Shown here one piece after another: positions 1 through 6,222 of a stretch of DNA of 6,462 nt (positions within the stretch are counted from its first letter, which is position 1; each line of letters begins with the position of its first letter). The stretch spans positions 1 to 6,462 of the forward strand of contig CDMY01001003.1 of NCBI GenBank assembly GCA_001179505.1, read 5' to 3'. Position numbers and translations under genes: made by a program. This DNA is from Vitrella brassicaformis CCMP3155. Taxonomy: Eukaryota; Protista; Chromerida. Below the pieces are notes generated by a model. That model was given only the letters and a program-made list of their open reading frames with translations. It had not been told where the DNA came from and ran no database searches.

Positions 1-669
1 CAGGCTGCCGGTCCAGCCGATCCACAAGTCGAAGAGCGTGAAGAGCATCTTAGTGTTGACGTCGTTCCCCTGGATGCCGTGGTTGCCGATGATGCTTTCG
101 GACTGCCCGTGGCCGGCTCGGTGGAAGACCCCAGCCCGGTTGAGTTTGAAGCTGATGCGCCATCCGATCCAGCTGATCTCCCTTCATCTGTGGCTGCTTC
201 TGCGCTGGATGCCGACAGCCCACCTATCGATCAACCTGACCCACACACACCTGGACATCAAGGCGATGGATTGGATCATCCACATGCACATCCTGTGGAC
301 CCGCCCCCTTCACAGGATGACTCACCTTCGGCTATCCCACCTTCCTATTCATCCAATCGTCGTCAGCCATCTGCCACTCCATCGCCCCTGGACTTGAACG
401 ATGATGTGTACATGGAGATTGAGAAGCCACCCATCCATGAGATCATCCGCCACACCCGCACCGCCTCTCATGCTCGGTATTACGTGCGTCGTGAGGGTCG
501 TTTGCCCGCTTGGGAAAATGAAAGCGAGCTGTCTGACCAAGATGCCCTCCGAGCGTACGAGACCGGGATGGCCTTCAATGACAAGCGTCAGAAGAGGGCA
601 AAGCGGGCCGTTACGGCTGCTCCACGATACATGCAGCTCCGCTCTCGCAAGGGACGCCGACCCACCTGA
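1..669 (+). CDS. 5'-partial ORF: acidic/Pro-rich linker, chromodomain-like C-terminus and basic tail; probably the end of a retrotransposon Pol/integrase, or a chromodomain protein
   Basis: Frame 1 has no stop from base 1 (QAAGPADPQVEEREEH...) to TGA at 667-669, so the track start at 79 is not the real start. It ends ...DDVYMEIEKPPIHEIIRHTRTASHARYYVRREGRLPAWENESELSDQDALRAYE...RYMQLRSRKGRRPT*. Confidence 0.65.
   Translation, partial: QAAGPADPQVEEREEHLSVDVVPLDAVVADDAFGLPVAGSVEDPSPVEFEADAPSDPADLPSSVAASALDADSPPIDQPDPHTPGHQGDGLDHPHAHPVDPPPSQDDSPSAIPPSYSSNRRQPSATPSPLDLNDDVYMEIEKPPIHEIIRHTRTASHARYYVRREGRLPAWENESELSDQDALRAYETGMAFNDKRQKRAKRAVTAAPRYMQLRSRKGRRPT
1..669 (+). mobile_element. Possible 3' coding end of a chromodomain-bearing LTR retrotransposon
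   Basis: Low-complexity linker, then a terminal chromodomain, then a Y-x-x-LRSR tail (625-648), which resembles LTR-retrotransposon integrase C-termini. The integrase core, PPT and LTR are not visible, so this is inference. Confidence 0.4.
409..561 (+). other. Chromodomain-like motif (degenerate)
   Basis: IHEIIRH..RYYVRREG..AWENESEL..ALRAYE lines up by eye with the chromodomain consensus VEkIldhR..YLVKWkG..TWEPeenL..ll.eY. The central Trp of the aromatic cage is replaced by Arg. No HMM was run. Confidence 0.55.
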
Positions 670-915
670 ATGGTCACCATACGGCCATTTGTCATCAGCC
701 AGTGAGCCATCTGTGCAGTGTGTGTCATGTGGGTCACCGTGATGTGTTGTGTCTGGCCGTTGGTGACGACCCGTTCGATCTCTGTCGCGCTCAATCTCCG
801 TCGTCCTCGATCTCCTCGTCCTCGATGTGCCAGTTCGATGCCTATGGAATGCAGGGTGGATTCCGTCGACATGTTTGGATGTTCGCTTCCTTGGATGTTG
901 CCATCTGATACTCAC

Positions 916-1519
916 CGCTCTGATGTCTTGACGCGTATCTCTTCGTTCTGGATGGCAACCAGCACTTCTCGCGACACCTGGAGTGCACAGACCACATCTC
1001 GTTTTAAGAGCCATCACATGGGTGTGCGCCATCCTCCTCGGCGCGTGCTCGTGGCCCACCCATGCAGTTTTGACTTTCCCTCGTCTACTTGATCCACCTG
1101 ATGCCCCATCTGGAGTTCTTCTTCCTCGCTCGGGCGCCCAGCTGACCATTGCTGAACCGGTCTGGTGTGCCGTCACACGCCCCGCTGGCTGCCCTTACGC
1201 CGTCACTTGCCTACCTTGCCCTTGTCGGCCGACTGGAGGCCATTGCTGTCGTCCTCAATGTCCCCTGCCGTCTGAAGTCGTCATCATAATGCAGCTGGAT
1301 ATCATCTGAGAAGAGAATGCCAGTAAAGGACCGTGCTCAAGTCGGTGCAGAGGCTTTCCTTCCTCCTTCCTCGCTGTGCGTACCTCTGATCCTGATGGTG
1401 AAGCCCCCTGTCCGTGCTGAGCGGCTCACTCTGGACTCACAAGTGCCCTGAGTCAACTGAAGGCTCTTGGACGTGTCGACCTCTCGTTTTTTCCCGGAAG
1501 GACTGCTCTTTCTGCCCAT
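916..1519 (-). pseudogene. Candidate spliced minus-strand gene or remnant (exon-like segments 1519-1384, 1305-1215, 977-916)
   Basis: On the minus strand there is a GT-AG intron-like segment 1383->1306 (gtacgc...attctcttctcag, 78 nt) joining ...GFTIRIR to DDIQLHYDDDFRR in frame, a donor aag|gtaggc at 1214, and an exon ctccag|VSREVLVAIQNEEIRVKTSE-cg|gtgagt (977-916). The phases do not chain without a frameshift or alternative acceptor. No recognisable domain. Confidence 0.22.
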
Positions 1520-1989
1520 CCCTGGTGTCCGCTGACTGATCAGGATTCGCTGCAGACGACTCGGACGCCTATCCTGATCTTGCTGCCTTGTCTGTCACGG
1601 CTTACCTGCCATGTTGATATTGGTTTTAATGAGGACCTTCCCCCTCACCTCTCTGCGTCACTGTCGAGCTCCTTTCCCCTGGCCTGACGATTGGAAGTCC
1701 CGAGGGACCTGCTGCTTCACCACCTGGTGCTGTTGTCGATAAAGCCCTGCTACTGGCGTCGATTTTGCCCTCCTTTCCTCGCTCTCTCGGCCCACTGCCT
1801 GTCTGCGAGCTTTTGCGGGCTGCCTTCTCCTTTTCCGCGCTCGAATCCATTGTCGAAGCCGTGTGCCTCGCGCTTGACCGGCGGGGTTGTGTTGCGAAGT
1901 GCTCACGATGCCCTTCGCCCCTGCCTGTGACCCTGATGAAGGCGCTCGGCTCAGATGACTGGAAGTGTGGACGTGTGTGTCTGGACGTG

Positions 1990-2082
1990 ATGGACGGATG
2001 GATTGGATTCCGTGGACCGTGTGCTGATGGACAGGATGCAGCCCTGGATGGATGGATGGAGCTGATGCTGGTGCTGATGGAT
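1990..2082. repeat. Degenerate (GGAT)n and GCTGAT/GCTGGT microsatellite tract
   Basis: tggacggatggattggatt near 1991-2009, ggatggatggatgg at 2046-2059 and gctgatgctggtgctgatg at 2061-2079. Confidence 0.7.
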
Positions 2083-2415
2083 GACGGGCTGAAGGATAGC
2101 AGTTGGGTGTAGGCAAGCATGACGACAAGCCGTAGATGGGCACAGGGGAGGCAGCCAGGGAAGATAAAGGGCTGGTGATGAATAAGTGCGCTAGATAAGC
2201 CCGCAGTGCATGCATGCGTGGGCTTGGGGGCGTAAGACGGGAGATAGCAGAAGTTGGCCAGGCGAGTTAGTGCCCGTTGCGTTTCATGATTGTTATCGTT
2301 CGCTTCCGATATGACCTGAGTCATTCTCTTGAGATCTGTTGCTTCGGCACGATCTTTGGTCCTTCCGACCATTCCCTTCGGCAGGGCGTCTTCCCAAGCC
2401 GCCCTTGGAGCCGCA

Positions 2416-2470
2416 GAGTGATGGTGGAGTGCTCATGTGAGTGATGGTGGAGTGCGCAAGTGAGTGATGG
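2416..2470 (+). repeat. 23-bp tandem repeat, about 2.4 copies
   Basis: gagtgatggtggagtgctcatgt (2416-2438), gagtgatggtggagtgcgcaagt (2439-2461), gagtgatgg (2462-2470). Confidence 0.9.
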
Positions 2471-2960
2471 AGGATATCGAGTACGTCGCCCAGCTGGTCA
2501 CCCTCCCGGTGAGTCCGCAGCGAGGCGGCACGAGTACTCGTACGACAGCTAGCTGCCCTTCTTGCATCATCTTCCCTCAGCCAGATCTTGCTCTCTCTCT
2601 GAGTCCATGTGCCTCCTCGTCCTTCCAGGACTCGCCCCTGTGCTGACCTACTCCTCTCCCCTCTTCCCGACTGGCCGGATGCACGTCTTGGGATGCTTTT
2701 GGGGTCATGTCTCATCGGGATTACATGCACGCATATCTGCTTGAGATCTGCCTGTCTGTCCATCTGTGTTGTCTCTCTAGCCTCCCAGTGTGTGCCTACG
2801 TATCCGCCACAAGGTCCGTCCCCTCGCCGATCACATACTGAGGCAGACAGCACATGCATTTGACCCGCACATCAGTCAGGGGAACACGGGACTCTCTCTC
2901 GGAGCGGACGGCACGAAAGTGTATGTGTGGCTGGCTACCTCTCTCTCTCTCGGTGGCTGA
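2467..2960 (+). CDS. Candidate two-exon small ORF or terminal exons (2467-2508 joined to 2781-2960), product unknown
   Basis: MEDIEYVAQLVTLP ends at a phase-0 gtgagt donor (2509). The acceptor tgtccatctgtgttgtctctctag ends at 2780 and continues in phase 0 as PPSVCLRIRHKVRPLADHILRQTAHAFDPHISQGNTGLSLGADGTKVYVWLATSLSLGG* (TGA 2958-2960). An alternative donor gtatgt lies at 2921. Based on splice signals only. Confidence 0.3.
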
Positions 2961-3641
2961 GATCAGTTGGTCGTCTGGTGTGTTTGGCTGCGCGTATGGG
3001 TGGCTGGCATGCTTCGCGTGTGGGTTTGACCGTTGCCAGAGAGAGGACATCCGCACCATGACACTTTTGTAACACTGGTGCATCTGGCGTTCTTGTTTTT
3101 CCATTTGCGGGTCTGTCGTTTGGCTGCGGGGAGGTGGTCTGCGCATGGGCGCTGTCGTCATTGTGTTTGGTGTTGGTTTGGATGGATGTGTTTCGGTCTG
3201 GATGAGAGCGTGATGGTGTCCGTGTGGCCGTGGGGAGGATCAGATCAGCCGCACATGACGAGCCAGCCTCAGCCAGATCTACCACGAGAGCACCGGCACT
3301 CAACAGCGCGTCATCTCTCTTGTCCTTTGCTGTCTTTGCTGTTGCTGCTGTTGGGGCGTGTGCTGACGGTCTCAGGTTGAGTTTGTTGCTGCGTTCTCCT
3401 ACGTCGACGACGTCATCGTCATCTCCCGCACTCCTGCCCTTCTCTTTCGGCTACTCTCTCACCTCATACGCGTCGGTCGGCTGTCCTTCACTGCTGCCCG
3501 GCGTGTGCGCTGACCGTCCTGTTCGAAACCACCCATCTGATCCTGTTCGAAGTCTTTCTGCCCTGCTGATGCCCCTGCGTCGTCTGGTGTCTGTAGCTGA
3601 CCCTCGTCTGCCCCCTCTTTGCTGCCCTCTCTGCTGTCGTC

Positions 3642-4332
3642 ATGTCCAAGCCCTCATCTCGTCCATCTCGTCCTCCTCGACCCTCTGATCTCGTCCGTGG
3701 CCACCTGTTCACCGACCACAACGCGCCCAGTACCATCCGTGAGAAAGTCGACCGCTCGCTCAGGAGAGTGAAATACGACCGACGAGACCAGCACGAGCTG
3801 GTGGGCTTCTTCTACGCGAAAGAGCAGATCACTGACGAGATAGATGAGCTCGATGAGCGGCGCGACAGGTCGGCCATCTCAAGGGGGGAGTACGACAAGA
3901 GTGTGAACGACGCGAAGCGCCGTCAGTCCGTGGTGCAGAAGGAGATCGAGCGTCGCACGGCGACTCGGCGGTCCCCTCCCCCTCCCCGCAAGCGTGCACC
4001 TCGTCCTCGCTCCCGTTCTCGCTCTCGTTCTCGCTCTCGGTCTCGTTCTCGTCATCCGCCGCCCCCCCACCGACACGTCACGTTCGACAGGAGCGGTGTT
4101 GCTGCGCGGCGCCACGGTGGTGTTGAGCTCAAGCGTGCTGCTGTCGTCCGAGCAGAGAGAGCGGCGCGTGTGCAGACGACTGTGGCTGCTGAGCCGTCGC
4201 AATCGTCCGAGACCCAGCAGCACCCCACAAACCCGCAGACGACCACACCACCGCCGCAGACGACCACACCACAGCCCCCATCCGCCACGCCCGAGCCCCA
4301 ACACGCGCCCGACCCCAACACCGAAGAGGTCG
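3642..4332 (+). CDS. 3'-partial uncharacterised protein: helical N-terminal region, RS tract, Thr/Pro/Gln linker (copy 1, runs into the gap)
   Basis: ATG at 3642 follows a pyrimidine-rich leader; 230 codons are open up to the gap. The same ATG and frame are kept in copy 2. Over the first 121 codons I count 15 amino-acid-changing and 9 silent codon differences between the copies. Confidence 0.7.
4008..4052 (+). repeat. (CGNTCY)n hexamer repeat encoding (RS)7R
   Basis: cgc tcc cgt tct cgc tct cgt tct cgc tct cgg tct cgt tct cgt. The copy 2 equivalent at 5742-5789 reads RSRSRSRSRRRSRSPR. Confidence 0.9.
4233..4274 (+). repeat. 21-nt coding tandem repeat x2 (PQTTTPP/PQTTTPQ)
   Basis: ccgcagacgaccacaccaccg followed by ccgcagacgaccacaccacag. 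The diverged equivalent is at 5999-6040 (PQATTPP/PQTATPQ). Confidence 0.85.
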
Positions 4333-4632
4333 NNNNNNNNNNNNNNNNNNNNNNNNNNNNNNNNNNNNNNNNNNNNNNNNNNNNNNNNNNNNNNNNNNNN
4401 NNNNNNNNNNNNNNNNNNNNNNNNNNNNNNNNNNNNNNNNNNNNNNNNNNNNNNNNNNNNNNNNNNNNNNNNNNNNNNNNNNNNNNNNNNNNNNNNNNNN
4501 NNNNNNNNNNNNNNNNNNNNNNNNNNNNNNNNNNNNNNNNNNNNNNNNNNNNNNNNNNNNNNNNNNNNNNNNNNNNNNNNNNNNNNNNNNNNNNNNNNNN
4601 NNNNNNNNNNNNNNNNNNNNNNNNNNNNNNNN
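4333..4632. other. Assembly gap, exactly 300 N
   Basis: Run of N from 4333 to 4632. Confidence 1.
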
Positions 4633-4766
4633 ATCACATACTGAGGCAGACAGCACATGCATTTGACCCGCACATCAGTCAGGGGAACACGGGACTCTCT
4701 CTCAGAGCGGACGGCACGAAAGTGTATGTATGGCTGGCTACCTCTCTCTCTCTCTCGGTTGGCTGA
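4633..4766 (+). CDS. 5'-partial copy of the candidate exon HILRQTAHAFDPHISQGNTGLSLRADGTKVYVWLATSLSLSVG*
   Basis: Paralogue of 2830-2960. The frame and TGA are retained despite a +2 (TC) and a +1 (T) insertion. Coding status unproven. Confidence 0.25.
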
Positions 4767-5804
4767 GATCAGTTGGTCGTCTGGTGTGTTTGGCTATGCG
4801 TATGGGTGGCTGGCATGCTTCGCGTGTGGGTTTGACCGTTGCCAGAGAGAGGACATCCGCACCATGACACTTTTGTAACACTGGTGCATCTGCGTGTCTT
4901 CCTTTTTCCACTTGCGGGTCTGTCGTTTGGCTGCGGGGAGGTTGGTCTGCGCATGGGCGCTGTCGGCATTGTGTTTGGTGTTGGTTTGGATGGATGTGTA
5001 TCGGTCTGGATGAGAGCGTGATGGTGTCCGTGTGGCCTTGCGGAGGATCAGATCAGCCGCACATGACGAGCCAACCTCAGCCAGATCTTCCACGAGAGCA
5101 CCGGCACACAACAGCGCGTCATCTCTGCTGTCCTTTGCTGTCTTGCTGTTGTTGCTGTCGGGGCGTGTGCTGGCGGTCTCAGGTTGAGTTTGTTGCGTCC
5201 TTCTCCTACCTCGACGACACCATCGTCATCTCCCGCACTCCTGCTCTTCTCTCTCGGCTACTCTCCCACCTCATACGCGTCGGTCGGCTGTCCTTCACTG
5301 CTGCCCGGCGTATCCACTGACCGTCCTGTTCGAAACCTGCCCTGCTGATGCCCTCTCTTTGCTGCCCTCTCTGCTGTCGTCATGTCCAACCCCTCATCTC
5401 GCCCACCTCCTCCCCCTCGACCCTCTGATCTCGTCCGTGGCCACCTATTCAACGACTACAACGCGCCCAGTACCATCCGTGAGAAAGTCGACCGCTCGCT
5501 CAGGAGAGTGACATACGACCGACGAGACCAGCACGAGCTGGTGGGCTTCTTCTACGCCAAGGAGCAGATCACGGATAAGATATATGAGCTCAATGAGCGG
5601 CGCGACAAGTCGACCATCTCAAGGGGGGAGTACGACAAGAGGGTGAAGGACGCGAAGCGCCGTCAGATCGTGGTGCAGAAGGAGATCGAGCGTCGCACGG
5701 CGACTCGGCGATCCCCTCCCCCTCCCCGCACGCGTGCGCCTCGTTCTCGGTCTCGTTCTCGCTCTCGGCGTCGTTCTCGTTCGCCTCGTCATTCGCCGCC
5801 CCCG

Positions 5805-5852
5805 CACCGACACGTCATCATCGACAGGCACCGACACGTCACGATCGACGGA
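5805..5852 (+). repeat. 24-nt tandem duplication specific to copy 2 (HRHVIIDR/HRHVTIDG)
   Basis: caccgacacgtcatcatcgacagg (5805-5828) and caccgacacgtcacgatcgacgga (5829-5852). Copy 1 has a single unit at 4068-4091. Confidence 0.85.
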
Positions 5853-6109
5853 GGTCTCGTGATCGTCAGTCGCGGTGCCACGGTGGTGTTCAGCTCAAGC
5901 CTGCTGCTGTTGTCCGAGCAGAGGCAGCGGTGCGTGTGCAGACGACCGAGGCTGCCGAGCCGTCGCAACTGTCTGAGACCCAGCAGCCCCCCACACACCC
6001 GCAGGCGACCACACCACCGCCGCAGACGGCCACACCACAGCCCCCATCCGCCACGCCCGAGCATCAACACACACACGACCCCAACACTGAAGAGGTCGAC
6101 GACCACGAG

Positions 6110-6222
6110 GACGAGGAGCAACAGAGAGACTCTGAGGAGCGACACGACGACGACGAGGAGCAACAGGGAGAGTCTGAGGAGCGACACCACGACAACGAGG
6201 AGCAACAGAGAGACTCTGAGGA
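6110..6222 (+). repeat. 42-nt coding tandem repeat, about 2.7 copies, encoding an acidic 14-mer
   Basis: gaggagcaacag recurs at 6113, 6155 and 6197. Units read DEEQQRDSEERHDD / DEEQQGESEERHHD / NEEQQRDSED. Confidence 0.9.

Larger units (their letters stand above)
2830..4332 (+). repeat. Tandem segmental duplication, copy 1 (visible part; true ends hidden by the gap)
   Basis: Colinear with 4633-6098 from atcacatactgaggcagacagc (2830 = 4633) to gaagaggtcg (4332 = 6098). The offset moves from 1803 to 1740 to 1766 because of indels. Confidence 0.97.
4633..6098 (+). repeat. Tandem segmental duplication, copy 2 (part alignable to copy 1)
   Basis: Colinear with 2830-4332. Identity is about 98% in the first ~255 nt and about 93% in the N-terminal coding region (counted by eye). 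Confidence 0.97.

Noticed and set aside
289-315. HPVDPPPSQ in ORF 1 resembles HPVDLPSPEQ at about 6320-6349
   Set aside because: A short match in Pro/His-rich low-complexity sequence that does not extend.
38-397. Overlapping alternative-frame ORFs 38-397 and 401-742
   Set aside because: Shadows of the frame-1 ORF; stops are rare in GC-rich DNA and the peptides show no recognisable features.
1626-2372. 248-aa minus ORF, with overlapping 1658-2215 (-) and 1765-2112 (+)
   Set aside because: They run through the GGAT/CATC microsatellite and three frames are open at once. Only the part below about 1958 might be exonic, and I cannot pick a frame.
2416-2470. Direct repeats (23, 24 and 42 nt) as a possible CRISPR array
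   Set aside because: The units are directly adjacent with no unique spacers, there are no cas genes, and the context is eukaryotic.
2530-2555. Adjacent perfect palindromes acgagtactcgt (12 bp) and cagctagctg (10 bp); also gtcggccgac at 1224 and gcatgcatgc at 2208
   Set aside because: About 6 ten-base and 1-2 twelve-base palindromes are expected by chance in 6 kb, and there is no larger hairpin or TIR pair.
2575-2589. cctcagccagatct(t) also found at 3267 and 5075
   Set aside because: An isolated 14-15-nt match without flanking similarity. The 3267 and 5075 hits are the same site in the two copies, so it is a single coincidence.
2854-3380. Several 70-120-aa ORFs on both strands in 2854-3380 and their counterparts in 4657-5320
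   Set aside because: Their frames and ends are not conserved between the two copies, and they cross TG/TC-rich simple sequence typical of intron or intergenic DNA.
3642-4766. 374-aa ORF spanning the gap
   Set aside because: It reads through 300 N. The in-frame join to HILRQTAH... depends on an arbitrary gap length, and copy 2 shows different sequence following the equivalent point.
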